A stretch of DNA of 64,000 bases from Candidatus Woesearchaeota archaeon (GCA_965205335.1 OZ242164.1:32001-96000); one strand, 5' to 3'. Positions 28,730 to 39,619 are shown, counted from the first letter of the stretch. Numbers and translations are program-made. Notes: generated by a model not told the origin, from the letters alone.

Positions 28730-31012
28730 TCAGTAATTATCTAATCTCTCTAAAAGAACCTTTTTATTATATTTAAAATCCTCATATTCTGCTTTTGTAA
28801 CCTTTCCTCTTTCAGGATGCGAAATTTTCTTTCTTATATTGTTAAATCTAACAAACCATTCTAGTTGTTTTTTCTTCCCATCAGTTTTCTTTCCAATTCC
28901 ATATTTATCTTTAAATAATTCCCAATTAGTATAAATTATCTCAGAATAATGTATTAAATCAAAACACTCTTCATAATTTTCTAATTTCTCCTCTTCTTTT
29001 CTTGCAGAAACATTTTTTCTTACATTTATGGGGACTCCCTCATACCACCAACCATTAATTTCATTACCAAATTCTTCTTTTAACGTTTTTAATACATCTT
29101 TATTAATTTGTAATTGTAGTTTTGGTAAGCATTTTCTAATTTCTTCAGTATATTTTGAATCATTATCTTGTAAGTATCGTTTCAACCCCTGAGGCTCAAA
29201 TTTTGGAAATTTCTCATGAATCTTTGTCATCATACTATATGCACAATTCCTTTGACCTGCCACCCCAAATTGAGTTTTATAATTCTTTAATTCTTCTGAA
29301 GTTATATTATTAAAGTAATTGCTAACTGGTTCTAAATAAGGATAGATATATTCCATCAATTCTTCTTCATTCACATTAATAAGATCATAAGAGGTTTCAC
29401 TTTGAACATGTTTTAGAATTTCTTTAAAAAGAAGTAAGAGTGCAACAAGTCCATTGTTTGTACATAAATAGCCCCCTTCATAAGATCCCAAATCCCAGTT
29501 TCCTGAATTTTTCTCTGCAAAAAAACTGAAATATAATTTTAATATCTCTTTGGATCTCTCTAAAGAACTTTCCATAACAGGATCTTTTAAAGAATATAAA
29601 ATGTATGGATTTAATTTTTTTGAAGATTTATCAACATACCCTAATAATTTTAATTGCTTGAGAATTGTTGTTAAGGTAGTAGGAGTAATTGGGACATCTC
29701 TTCCTTCATTCTTGTTAGAAGATTTTATTTTTCTAAATAAAGGAGAATTATTTTCTGTTCCTAAATCATTTACTAATTTGGATATTAGGGCTAACATCCT
29801 TTCGCTCTCACTATCGGAATTCCAAAATAAATTTGAATATAATTCTTCCAACAAATTCTTAGGAACATTCTTTTGTTTAGAGTTTATATCTACAAAGTAT
29901 TTGGCTTGATCTGAAGGATCTAGATTTTCAAATGCTATGACAGGAATGGAATGCTTATCAGCCTCTTTAGTTCCTATAAAACCATATAATCTATGTTGCC
30001 CATCGATAATCCAAGCAGATTTATATTTTGCTGGAAGATATAAATATCCAAACTTAGAATTTACAATATTTTCTTGATTACTTAGCTGATCAAATCTCAA
30101 ATTATTTTTAGAAGTCCTGAAATTGATAATAATACTATTTGGGAATAAGCCATTATCTTGAATATATTTTTTAATAGATTTTAATTTGGCTCTTGAAATT
30201 ATTCTCTGATATGAGTCTAATTCATCCTTAGTCTGTAATTTATGTGCTACAAAAGATATTGGTAATAGTTTAGAAGGTTCTATCAGAAAAGAATAGAAGA
30301 TTTGATTATTTATTTTGCCTCTAATAGCTGGCACTTTAATATTTAATCCCTTAATTCCTTGTCCTTCAAAAAACTCAGAGAGTAATTGATATTTAGCTGA
30401 AGGCCCTATCTGTTGTATAATTGCTTCATAGTACTCAATTTTATCATAATCTATAATCTTAATATTGTTGGCCTCTGCTAATTCTATGTCTGGTTTATTT
30501 AGAATTATATTTTTGAGTGCTAGTACAAAACATACTCTAATCTCTTTATTATAGTGTTCTTTGATAGATCTAATAATTTCTCCTCTAATCCCATTAATCT
30601 CACTAATTTCTTTTCTTAGACTCCTTTTAGAAGACTCTTGAGATGATTTGCATTCGACTATTAAGGCAACATTTTCCTCTTTAGCAAAAACATCTACTTG
30701 TTTGGGATTAGTTTCCTTATTTTTTGAAATTGGAATCTTGAAATTTCTGTCTTCATTCATTTCGTTAAAACCAATCTTAGAAAACATACACCAAACTTTT
30801 TCCTCAAATTGAAGATCATAGGACTTTTCTTTCCTTAATTTAGTTTGAGTTTTTAACTCTTTATAGATTTCCCAACCTTCTTCAAGGTAAGGGTGTTCGG
30901 TTCCTTTTTTAACATTCGAATAAAAAAACTTATCCTTTTTTTTATTTCCTAGTTTTCTTATTTTTTCATCACCAATGATTAATTTATTTAAGATTATTGT
31001 TTCTTCTTCCAT
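28730..31012 (-). CDS. PD-(D/E)xK nuclease + DGQHR (DndB-like) + Swt1/HEPN-like protein
   Basis: QVDVFAK..IVECK; YQR, FPNSII, IIDGQHRLYG; RKKISHP C-terminal motif; start at 31012 is coupled to the dam stop. Confidence 0.85.
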   Translation of the reverse strand: MEEETIILNKLIIGDEKIRKLGNKKKDKFFYSNVKKGTEHPYLEEGWEIYKELKTQTKLRKEKSYDLQFEEKVWCMFSKIGFNEMNEDRNFKIPISKNKETNPKQVDVFAKEENVALIVECKSSQESSKRSLRKEISEINGIRGEIIRSIKEHYNKEIRVCFVLALKNIILNKPDIELAEANNIKIIDYDKIEYYEAIIQQIGPSAKYQLLSEFFEGQGIKGLNIKVPAIRGKINNQIFYSFLIEPSKLLPISFVAHKLQTKDELDSYQRIISRAKLKSIKKYIQDNGLFPNSIIINFRTSKNNLRFDQLSNQENIVNSKFGYLYLPAKYKSAWIIDGQHRLYGFIGTKEADKHSIPVIAFENLDPSDQAKYFVDINSKQKNVPKNLLEELYSNLFWNSDSESERMLALISKLVNDLGTENNSPLFRKIKSSNKNEGRDVPITPTTLTTILKQLKLLGYVDKSSKKLNPYILYSLKDPVMESSLERSKEILKLYFSFFAEKNSGNWDLGSYEGGYLCTNNGLVALLLLFKEILKHVQSETSYDLINVNEEELMEYIYPYLEPVSNYFNNITSEELKNYKTQFGVAGQRNCAYSMMTKIHEKFPKFEPQGLKRYLQDNDSKYTEEIRKCLPKLQLQINKDVLKTLKEEFGNEINGWWYEGVPINVRKNVSARKEEEKLENYEECFDLIHYSEIIYTNWELFKDKYGIGKKTDGKKKQLEWFVRFNNIRKKISHPERGKVTKAEYEDFKYNKKVLLERLDNY

Positions 31013-31013
31013 T

Positions 31014-31859
31014 TTAACACATAATAAGTAGCTCTTCAATTTCTCCTCTTCCATTTGGATTAGAATTAATAAATCTAGGAGCTTTGATTTCAACAATATT
31101 AAAACCCTCAGGTTCATATAACTTTATGATTTCTGGAAGTTTATTATTACTTAGAACTACTGTTACTGACTTTTTTTTTAATTCCTTCATAAAAGCTAAT
31201 AAATTCAATCTTTCATCAAAAGTAAAACTTTCTTTAGTATATTGAGTAAAACTTGTTTTTTTTAAAGGATCATAGCAAGGATCTAAATATACAAAATCAC
31301 CTCTTTTTAATGATTTTAATATCTCTTTATAATCTTGGTGTATGATTCTTACACCTTTTAATAATTCACTTGCAAATAGAAGTTTATTCTCATTAACAAT
31401 CTCTGGACTTTTATACTTTCCATAAGGCACATTAAATTCTCCTTTTTTATTAACTCTATATAAGCCATTAAAGCATGTTTTATTAAGATATATAAAAGCT
31501 GCAGCTCGCTTGACACCTCTAAATTTATTTGTATTAAATTTTTTTCTAACTTGATAAAAAAAATCTTCTGAATTGTTTTTTTTAAAATAATATTTAAGAT
31601 ATCTAATAACCAATTTAGGTTTTATCTGAACTGCTTTGTATGTCTCAATTAAATCCTTGTTTATGTCTGAAATTTCACAATTTTTAGGAGAATATTTCTG
31701 ATAAATATAAAAGAAAACAGAACCTGCTCCAAGAAAAGGTTCATAATAGTTTATTATATTATTTGGGAAATAATTGTCTAATTTATTAATTATAGATCTT
31801 TTTCCTCCTGCCCATTTCAGAAATGTGGGTATTTTTATTTTAGAACTATCCTTCCTCAT
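31014..31859 (-). CDS. dam: Dam-family (D12) N6-adenine methyltransferase
   Basis: KWAGGK, EPFLGAGSVF, FNGLYRVN..GEFNVPYG, DPCY. Confidence 0.9.
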   Translation of the reverse strand: MRKDSSKIKIPTFLKWAGGKRSIINKLDNYFPNNIINYYEPFLGAGSVFFYIYQKYSPKNCEISDINKDLIETYKAVQIKPKLVIRYLKYYFKKNNSEDFFYQVRKKFNTNKFRGVKRAAAFIYLNKTCFNGLYRVNKKGEFNVPYGKYKSPEIVNENKLLFASELLKGVRIIHQDYKEILKSLKRGDFVYLDPCYDPLKKTSFTQYTKESFTFDERLNLLAFMKELKKKSVTVVLSNNKLPEIIKLYEPEGFNIVEIKAPRFINSNPNGRGEIEELLIMC

Positions 31860-31904
31860 TAAAGGTTAATTATTTTACTTATTTAAATAATTTTCTCTTA
31901 TTCT

Positions 31905-32075
31905 TGTAGTGTGTAGTGCCATGATATATGTCGCCAGTCTAAAAATTAACAAGACTTGTTAATTCTATGAAAAAAGACAAAACTAGGAAAGTTTTCATAA
32001 ACTAAGAGTTAAACAAAACTCTTATTCTAAATGCAAGAAAATACTTGCTGAAAAGTACAAATGCTTTGTAAGTAA
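31905..32075 (+). mobile_element. IS481-like left-end remnant
   Basis: Similar to 63697-63865. Confidence 0.6.
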
Positions 32076-32124
32076 ATTTAGTCTCTACAATATTTTATCT
32101 CTTAATTCTTTCGTCTCTCTATTT

Positions 32125-33078
32125 TTAATTTAGTTCATAATGCCAACCTTCAACTTTATCATAAGGTGTCATATCTGTATCACTTGTAGTTTCTATATAC
32201 AATTGCATTTCTCCAGTATCTACGTACACTATAACATGATTAACGTCTTGAGGATCTGTTGGATTATCTGCATCCATATCAACTAAATTAACTTCCCAAT
32301 CTTGAGGGACTGCTTTTAACATACTTGCCAATAATATGGCTGTATCTTCACAATCTCCTCCACCCGAAAGTAATGTCTCATATGGAAACTTTGGTGTTTC
32401 TTCGTTTTCGTATGAATAAGTTGTCAATTGTGCGACCATATACCATAAATCATAAATAAATTCTTCATCATTTGAATAATCATTATACATTTCTCCAATA
32501 ACATCTTCAAAAGAACTTCCATCAACATAAGATGTAAAATCCATTATTTCAAAAATTTCACCATCATCATTTCTTAATTTTATATACTTAACGTTAAAAT
32601 TTCTTTCATAGAACCCACGAAATAAGTCATGTTCCATAGTACTAAATGGTGTAGTCCATTCAATAGTCTCATTATTAGGGAGTATAAAAGATGTGTAAAC
32701 TGTTTGATTATATATAGTTATATATGGTGGAAATACGCCAATTTTTGCTAAATTATTATAACCATCTACAAGCTCATTGTAATCATTTATAATATTATCA
32801 TATTTAATATCAAGAGATTTATAATTACTTTGAAGTCGGTTATGATAAATATTAAGTTCTTTATGTTCTTCTTCAAGATTATTATAATCAGTCTTCAATT
32901 GATTTAATTCACTTTTAGTATTGTTTGCATATTCAATCCATCTCAATGTTTTTTGATATTCTTTTTCTGTGTGTACAGATAACTGATAGTGAAAGAATCC
33001 CAAAGCAACTAATGCTATAAATAAAATTACTATTATTCCATAAAGGATCCTCTTTAGTTTTTTGTTTTTGTTCTTCAT
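32125..33078 (-). CDS. Membrane-anchored coiled-coil transglutaminase-like protein
   Basis: N-terminal TM, coiled coil, GDCEDTAILLASML..NHV..IETT. Confidence 0.8.
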   Translation of the reverse strand: MKNKNKKLKRILYGIIVILFIALVALGFFHYQLSVHTEKEYQKTLRWIEYANNTKSELNQLKTDYNNLEEEHKELNIYHNRLQSNYKSLDIKYDNIINDYNELVDGYNNLAKIGVFPPYITIYNQTVYTSFILPNNETIEWTTPFSTMEHDLFRGFYERNFNVKYIKLRNDDGEIFEIMDFTSYVDGSSFEDVIGEMYNDYSNDEEFIYDLWYMVAQLTTYSYENEETPKFPYETLLSGGGDCEDTAILLASMLKAVPQDWEVNLVDMDADNPTDPQDVNHVIVYVDTGEMQLYIETTSDTDMTPYDKVEGWHYELN

Positions 33079-33278
33079 ATAATAGTTAAGGGTTTAAATT
33101 ATTTATATAAATTTATGTTAGTTTTTCGTGCAAAATAAGTTGATTTATTCAATTTCCTCTATCAACGCAGTTTTTGAAAAATTATTGTTTTTGCTAATAA
33201 TATTTAATTACTAATTTAGAATAAAAATTATTTGGTTTTGCTAATAATATTTTATCAATAGGATAAATAGGAAAATTT

Positions 33279-33306
33279 GAAAAGTGAAACATAATTCACA
33301 CTTTTT
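33279..33306 (+). repeat. 28-bp 11-6-11 palindrome, copy 5
   Basis: GAAAAGTGAAA-CATAAT-TCACACTTTTT. Confidence 0.8.
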
Positions 33307-33347
33307 CTTACTTATTCTTGATATTAAAAGAAAAAGTATTTAAATAA

Positions 33348-34136
33348 GTGAAAACAAAATTTATAAATATGGTACAAATTCCGATAAAGGTTAAAGAGAG
33401 ACTTTATAAGGAAATTCCAAAGTTTAAGAAGATTCTTGAAAGGATTAAAGATAGGGATGTAAACGAAGCAGATACTGTCACTGTTGTAGTGGATATGCTT
33501 GAAAGAGTTTTTGGTTTTGATAGATATTCGGAAATTACAAGAGAATTTCAAATTAGGGGGACATATTGCGATTTAGCAATTAAAATGGGTGGAAAGGTAG
33601 AATACTTAGTGGAGGTCAAAGCAGTTGGGATTAAACTTAATCTCTCACATGTAAAACAAGCGAGAGATTACGGAGCGAACAAGGGAATCTTGTGGGTTGT
33701 TTTAACGAATGGAGTTCGTTGGATTCTCTATAAAATTTCTCTAAAAGGGAAAGTTGAGGAAGAAGTAGTAATAGATTTTAATTTTCTTAAGTTAGACCAC
33801 AGAAAAAATAGCAATGATTTTGAAAAAGTTTTTATATTATGCAAGAAAGGTTTATCAAAAAATCTTATGGATGAGATTTATGGGTATAAAAAAATTGTAA
33901 ATAGTAACGTTCTTGTTGATATTCTATTAGATTCTGAAGAAGTTAAATCTACAATTAGGAAGCAATTAAAAGTAATTGGTAATGGAACAAAAGCCAGTGA
34001 TGAAGAAATTGGAAATTTACTTAAAAACGAGGTAATAAAAAGGGAGTTTATTGAGAGAAGAAATGCTGATGGTTATAAGTCAGTTGTAAGGAAAAAGAAA
34101 AAAGTTACTAAGAATAAAGAGAAAGATGAAAAATGA
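33348..34136 (+). CDS. Stand-alone HsdR N-terminal-like (PD-(D/E)xK) nuclease
   Basis: NEADT..E..CDLAI..VEVKA..QARDY..VLTNG..W. Confidence 0.8.
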   Translation: MKTKFINMVQIPIKVKERLYKEIPKFKKILERIKDRDVNEADTVTVVVDMLERVFGFDRYSEITREFQIRGTYCDLAIKMGGKVEYLVEVKAVGIKLNLSHVKQARDYGANKGILWVVLTNGVRWILYKISLKGKVEEEVVIDFNFLKLDHRKNSNDFEKVFILCKKGLSKNLMDEIYGYKKIVNSNVLVDILLDSEEVKSTIRKQLKVIGNGTKASDEEIGNLLKNEVIKREFIERRNADGYKSVVRKKKKVTKNKEKDEK

Positions 34137-34463
34137 CACAAAAACAGGCTAAAATCTTAAAACTTTTTCAAGCGGGGAAGACTACAAGACAGATAGCAAA
34201 AGAACTTAAAATAAGTGAGGTTGCAGTGAGACAACACAAACATAAAATTAAACTAAAAGAACTCAAATAATTACATAATCATTACATAATATTGAGAAAA
34301 TGCTATATATACAAGGAAAATCTATAAATTATGTAATCATTGCCTAATATTGAAAAAATGCTATATACATAAGGAAAATTCATAAATTAGGTAATGGGTA
34401 AATCTGCAACAGTAGAAATTTTTTAAGATAGATTTATATAGTTTGGATTGTTACTACTATATT

Positions 34464-35354
34464 ATGAATAAAAAATTAAAATGTCTTGTAATTATGTCAA
34501 TTATAACCATTGTAATTATCGGAGTTCTCACATTATTTATTTACTCTGATTTAGATACAGATGATAAACCAAAAACAAACATCATGAGTGATAAAAAAGA
34601 AGTTGAGATTGTAAGTATTCGTATTTTAGAAGAGAATCCTAAATTTAATTCTAATAATCAAATTTGGAGTATTTACCAAATTGAGAGGAGAGACACAAGA
34701 AGGGAAAACCCAAGTTTTTCAATTGCTCAAGAACAGGAAGAGCAACAGGAAGAAGAGATTGAGGAAGAAGTTGAGGAAACACAGGAAGAGGAGCTTGTTG
34801 AGGAGACAGTTGAGGAAGAAGAGCTTATTGAAGAAGAGGAAGTTGTTGAGGAAACTGAGGAAGTAATTGAAGAAACAGTTGTTGAAGAGGAAGAGGAAAC
34901 AGTTATTGAAGAAGAGGTTGAGGAAGAAGTAATTGAGGAAACAGTTATTGAAGAAGAAGTTGAAGAACAGGAAGAGGAAACAGTTATTGAAGAAGAGGTT
35001 GAGGAAGAAGTAATTGAGGAAACACAGGAAGAAGAAGTTGTTGAAGAGCAACAAGAAGAATTAGAAGAAGAACAGGAAGAGGAAGAAGTTGAGGAAATAG
35101 ATATACATAAATTATGGAGTTTACAAGTAGCCTCTGAGATTTATCTTGAAAATCTGGCAGAGATTAACTTCCACAAACAAGAAATAGAAAAAATTGAGAA
35201 TGATACAACCTTAACTTTCAGAGAAAAAAGATTACTCTGGGGTCGCCATTATGGTTTAATTTCAGGTTATCAAAGGAGTATTAGAATAAATTTGAAGTCG
35301 TATAATGTGACAGTTAAGGAAGTTAGGCAATATTTGAATTTAACAACCTCCTAA
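34464..35354 (+). CDS. Membrane-anchored Glu-rich protein, copy 2
   Basis: Paralog of 23054-23971 within duplicated block 34135-35378; ATG at 34464. Confidence 0.8.
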   Translation: MNKKLKCLVIMSIITIVIIGVLTLFIYSDLDTDDKPKTNIMSDKKEVEIVSIRILEENPKFNSNNQIWSIYQIERRDTRRENPSFSIAQEQEEQQEEEIEEEVEETQEEELVEETVEEEELIEEEEVVEETEEVIEETVVEEEEETVIEEEVEEEVIEETVIEEEVEEQEEETVIEEEVEEEVIEETQEEEVVEEQQEELEEEQEEEEVEEIDIHKLWSLQVASEIYLENLAEINFHKQEIEKIENDTTLTFREKRLLWGRHYGLISGYQRSIRINLKSYNVTVKEVRQYLNLTTS

Positions 35355-35697
35355 AACACTTAAAAAAGTGTAAAAACATGGTCATCCATTCTAAAATTAT
35401 AGAAACTACTAATATCTCTCCTTTTTCTACACTGTAAAGTAATCTCCAAGCATTAGGTAAGTTGTATTTCCATAGATTGTGGATTTCATATTTTCGTTTG
35501 TATGCTCTTGGAATTAGTCTTTTTGGTATTTGGATGCCACAAAAAGCATTTTCTTCTATGTCTTTAAATGCTCTAATTAACCATTCATAAATCTTTTTTC
35601 CGTTAGAATTAGAATTTTCTAACTCTTCGAATGCTTCTTTTATTTTTTTATTTGCGAATCTAATTTTTGATGGTAGTTTCATTGTTTGATATTCCAA
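35323..35697 (-). CDS. RelE-like toxin
   Basis: FCGIQIPKRLIP..NLWKYNLPNAWRLLYS; C-terminus appears replaced by the duplicated block. Confidence 0.7.
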   Translation of the reverse strand: MEYQTMKLPSKIRFANKKIKEAFEELENSNSNGKKIYEWLIRAFKDIEENAFCGIQIPKRLIPRAYKRKYEIHNLWKYNLPNAWRLLYSVEKGEILVVSIILEWMTMFLHFFKCFRRLLNSNIA

Positions 35698-35909
35698 AAT
35701 AGATGTTTATTTTTAATATGCTTGTCTATGTCTTCTGGGTAATGAATCCATCCTATTTTATTTTCGGAATCAATAGAGATTTTTCGTGAGTAAAGCAAAT
35801 AGTCTAATATTACACAAAAGGTTTGATACATCATTTTTCCCATAAGGCTCTTTTCTTAAATTCTCCGTCATATTTTTTTATGAATTTTTCAACCATAAGA
35901 ACAGTATTA

Positions 35910-38822
35910 TTAGTAATTATCTAATATCTTATCTTGCTGATTGTTGTAGTTAATTGGTAGATCTTTAACTTCCGAATATTTCTCTATTTCTTTTAAAAAT
36001 TTACTCTCTTTTGATTTCATAGTATAAATAGTTAGTTCTTCTTTTGCTCTTGTTAAAGCCACATAAAACAATCTTCTCTCCTCTTTTTCTCCTTCAAAAC
36101 TATTTAAGGTTGCTATATTGAATATTGAAGAATTTTCCAATTCACAAGGAAATCCATATAATCCTTTAGTAACATCTAAAATATATACATATTTAGCTTG
36201 TAATCCTTTACTTTTATGAACTGACATTTTTCTAACTCTATTAATCCCTTCTCTGTTTGATTCAGAAAACTTTATCCCTTTTTTTCTTGCAAATTCATTT
36301 AAAGAATTATACAATTTTTTATTCTTCATTATCCTTCCAAGAATCAAAATATCATTGGGTTTAACTCCAGAACTAACTTTTTCATTAATGTCATTAATAC
36401 AATCCCTTGCAATTTGAATGTAATATTGACTTTCATAACCTTTCTGATGTAGCGAAGAAATAACTTTAATTTTTCTTTCTTCTTTATTAGAAGCAACTGT
36501 TTTCTTCTTTGTTTGAGAATTACCATTTACCTTAATTAAATCAGCTCCACAATCAACTATTGACTTTATACTTCTATAATTATTAATTAAATCAGTTCTA
36601 TGGGGTTTTTGAAAGTACTTTGAAAAATTTACAAAATAATCTAAATTAGAACCAGTAAAACTCATAATACTTTGCCAATCATCGCCTACTACAAATAATT
36701 TACAATTATCATTCTTCCTTAATAATTCATTAATTAATAAGTATCTTTGATAACTAATATCCTGATATTCATCAATTAAAATTTGGTCAAATTTATCGGT
36801 GTAGAGATTTTTATTTTTTTTTAATTCTTCAACTGCCAAATTAATCATGTCAGCAAAATCAATTTTACCTTCTTTTGATAGAATTTCTTGGTAATCCTTA
36901 AATAAACCTAAAGCCACTTTCGTAAATGCTATCTCCTTTCTTGACCAAGATTCATTATTTAATCTTTTCTGAATTCCCTCTGGTAATAATCCATAACTTT
37001 TTGCAATGGAAATAAACTTTGCAATATTTGATGGAAGTCCACGAACAGATTCTTTACATTCTTTCCAAACTTTTTCAATTAATTCATCATAAGGAATTTC
37101 TGTTAATTCATACTTTTTTTTAGGGTTTTTTTGTCTTAAAACTTCTAAAAATTTCTCTTTTAATAATTTATTATAATTATTAGAGGTTTTATATTCTCCA
37201 TAGGATATTTCAATTAATTCATATTTATCTTGTTCATTAAATTTAGATTTTTTAATATTCATTCCTTCAATATATTCCTTAGTAGGATTATCTCCAGAAA
37301 ACCAATCAGGAACTTTATTATCTTTATTTAAAGCCCAACACTCTAAATATATATCAAAATCAGGAAAAAAGAAATCAGGTGCTGGTTCTCTTTCTTGTCC
37401 TTGTTCATTTTTATACTTCATCCAAGATGCCTTTGTTTCATACTTTATTTTGATATTTTTTCCATTTAATTTATGTGTAAAAAAGAAATTCATTACATCC
37501 CTTTCAAACTCACTTTTAACCTTAGTTTCATTTAGTGAAGTAAATGAGAGATTTCTATTATACTCAATATAATCTTCTTTTTCTTCAAAATGTTCCTCTT
37601 CCTTTTCTATTTCATCATCTTTAAAATATCTAGCATAATCCAAGATTAAATTCTGAAATTTCTTGTCTGATAATTTATATTCATATTGTTTTTTAATAAA
37701 TTCCTTCAATTCCTTCTCAAAGTTATCTCCTGAAAATATTAAGGATATTTTTTTACCAGCATCTTCAAGAATCTTCCTTCCTAATGAATGAAATGTTCTA
37801 ACATCAACATCTACTTTGAAATTTGACTTTAATCTTTCTTTTATCTCATTAGCGGCTTTATTCTGAAATGCAATAGCCAAAATCTTATCTTCTTTAATTC
37901 CATCTGGATTTCTTTTTATTAAATATGCGATTCTTCTAATTAAAACCTCTGTTTTCCCTGAACCTGCTCCTGCTACAACTAAATTATGTTTATCATCCCT
38001 AACTATAGCTTCTTTTTGATAATTGTCTAATTCTCCGTAATCGGTTTTGAACAATGAAGCATATTTCTCTTTTCTAATCTTTACAAAATTATCGTTGTAC
38101 TTTATTATTTTGTCCTTAATTTCGTTCAAACTTTCATTAAATGAGGTTAATTTCTCTCTAACTTCTTCTAAACTACGAGTTTTAGGATATAAAATGTTAA
38201 TAGTCTCTAATACATCTGAAACTTCTTTCAACATTTTTTTTAAATCCGAATAGATTAAATAAGTATCTCTCTTTTCAATATTTTCATATTTCCTTTTAAG
38301 AGAATTAAGAGAGTCTTCTAACTTAGAGATTTCCTTAGTAAATAGATTAATTTTTTCTTTCTTTTCTTTATATGGTTGGGTTGTTAGATGAAATAATTTG
38401 AGAAAAGAATAAAGAATAAGAAGAGTGAATGCTAAGATAACAATAGTTTCTATTGTTTGTACAGCAATATTTTTGTTATTTTCAGTTATTTTATAACTAA
38501 CTTTTTTATTAGTCTCTTCAAATTTTAGATTGTACTTTCCAAAGAAATAATAATTGTTGTATGTTATAGTGTTGCAGGAATGTACTCTGTCGTTGAAAAT
38601 ACATAAACTTGACTTTATATCCCTGTCTAATTCTTCTGAAATTTTATCCATATTGGAAAGAGTTGGCAGATTATTAAGTTTTTCAAATAATTCTTCTTGA
38701 TTATCAATAATGTTTGTATTATAATAGAAAAAAGATAGTAAGAATATTGAGATAAGTGAAGTTAATAATAAATATAATTTGTATTTATTATCTTTTTTAG
38801 TTATTCCCTCTAATAGTTCCAT
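35910..38822 (-). CDS. Membrane-anchored UvrD/HelD-like helicase with an inserted nuclease-like domain
   Basis: Two N-terminal TM helices; AGAGSGKT, IDEYQD, VGDDWQSI, HKSKGL, ERRLFYVALTRA; KSEFE..PDFF..YLECW insert. Confidence 0.9.
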   Translation of the reverse strand: MELLEGITKKDNKYKLYLLLTSLISIFLLSFFYYNTNIIDNQEELFEKLNNLPTLSNMDKISEELDRDIKSSLCIFNDRVHSCNTITYNNYYFFGKYNLKFEETNKKVSYKITENNKNIAVQTIETIVILAFTLLILYSFLKLFHLTTQPYKEKKEKINLFTKEISKLEDSLNSLKRKYENIEKRDTYLIYSDLKKMLKEVSDVLETINILYPKTRSLEEVREKLTSFNESLNEIKDKIIKYNDNFVKIRKEKYASLFKTDYGELDNYQKEAIVRDDKHNLVVAGAGSGKTEVLIRRIAYLIKRNPDGIKEDKILAIAFQNKAANEIKERLKSNFKVDVDVRTFHSLGRKILEDAGKKISLIFSGDNFEKELKEFIKKQYEYKLSDKKFQNLILDYARYFKDDEIEKEEEHFEEKEDYIEYNRNLSFTSLNETKVKSEFERDVMNFFFTHKLNGKNIKIKYETKASWMKYKNEQGQEREPAPDFFFPDFDIYLECWALNKDNKVPDWFSGDNPTKEYIEGMNIKKSKFNEQDKYELIEISYGEYKTSNNYNKLLKEKFLEVLRQKNPKKKYELTEIPYDELIEKVWKECKESVRGLPSNIAKFISIAKSYGLLPEGIQKRLNNESWSRKEIAFTKVALGLFKDYQEILSKEGKIDFADMINLAVEELKKNKNLYTDKFDQILIDEYQDISYQRYLLINELLRKNDNCKLFVVGDDWQSIMSFTGSNLDYFVNFSKYFQKPHRTDLINNYRSIKSIVDCGADLIKVNGNSQTKKKTVASNKEERKIKVISSLHQKGYESQYYIQIARDCINDINEKVSSGVKPNDILILGRIMKNKKLYNSLNEFARKKGIKFSESNREGINRVRKMSVHKSKGLQAKYVYILDVTKGLYGFPCELENSSIFNIATLNSFEGEKEERRLFYVALTRAKEELTIYTMKSKESKFLKEIEKYSEVKDLPINYNNQQDKILDNY

Positions 38823-38824
38823 TT

Positions 38825-39619
38825 TTAATTACTTTTTGTGCAGGTATACTTCTCATCTAATCTTTCTACAATTACAGAATATGATTTGTAATAATCAGAG
38901 CCTAAATTTCTGTCAGCATAAACTGTAATTGAATAATTTTTGTTTACTGCAGAAATTTTATAAAACATATCCCTAAATTCTTTTCTTCCAATAACCTCGG
39001 TCTTGTATGGTTCTTTGTCTCGTACAATCCATTTCTGGAAATCTTCAATTTTGGGAGTGTCTGGAAAGTATTTTGCCACATCTAAAATTTCATTTTGTAC
39101 GTCTGATATCTCTTTTTGTTTAGTTGCATCGCTAATTTTAAAAGTTAATTCATTTAATTCTGATTTTTTAGTTGAAATCTGACTATTTAACGAATCTACT
39201 TGATTTTGTTTTGAGATTTTAATTCTTTCTAATTCTTGTCCTATTTTGATCTTCTCCTGTTTTTTTTGAGAAATTTGTTGGTTTAACACATCTACTTCTG
39301 AAGTTAAGTTTTGAATTGAATTTGTATATGATTTGCAGGCAAAACTAATTTTATTTCCTTCTTTTAGTAGGTATCCGTTTATTTCTATATATTCACCCAG
39401 GATTAAGTTGTATTTGTCAGAACATTCAATTAACTTAATTTTAATATTGTTTTTATCAACAATGTAATAAAATCCATCTTGATATATCATAACTTTTCCT
39501 TTAATATCAATATTTTTATTATAGTAGTTTTCATTATATATGAACTCGTTGTAATCGTTACTTCCTACACTACAACCAGATAGAATAATTAATAGTAAAA
39601 GTAGCATTATTGTTTTCAT
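38825..39619 (-). CDS. Lipoprotein with OB-fold-like and coiled-coil regions
   Basis: LSGC lipobox; co-oriented, 2 nt from the helicase start. Confidence 0.65.
   Translation of the reverse strand: MKTIMLLLLLIILSGCSVGSNDYNEFIYNENYYNKNIDIKGKVMIYQDGFYYIVDKNNIKIKLIECSDKYNLILGEYIEINGYLLKEGNKISFACKSYTNSIQNLTSEVDVLNQQISQKKQEKIKIGQELERIKISKQNQVDSLNSQISTKKSELNELTFKISDATKQKEISDVQNEILDVAKYFPDTPKIEDFQKWIVRDKEPYKTEVIGRKEFRDMFYKISAVNKNYSITVYADRNLGSDYYKSYSVIVERLDEKYTCTKSN

Noticed and set aside
23360-35054. Phe/Leu/Asn-rich minus-strand ORFs (23360-23677, 34719-35054)
   Set aside because: Reverse complement of the GAA/GAG-rich stalks.
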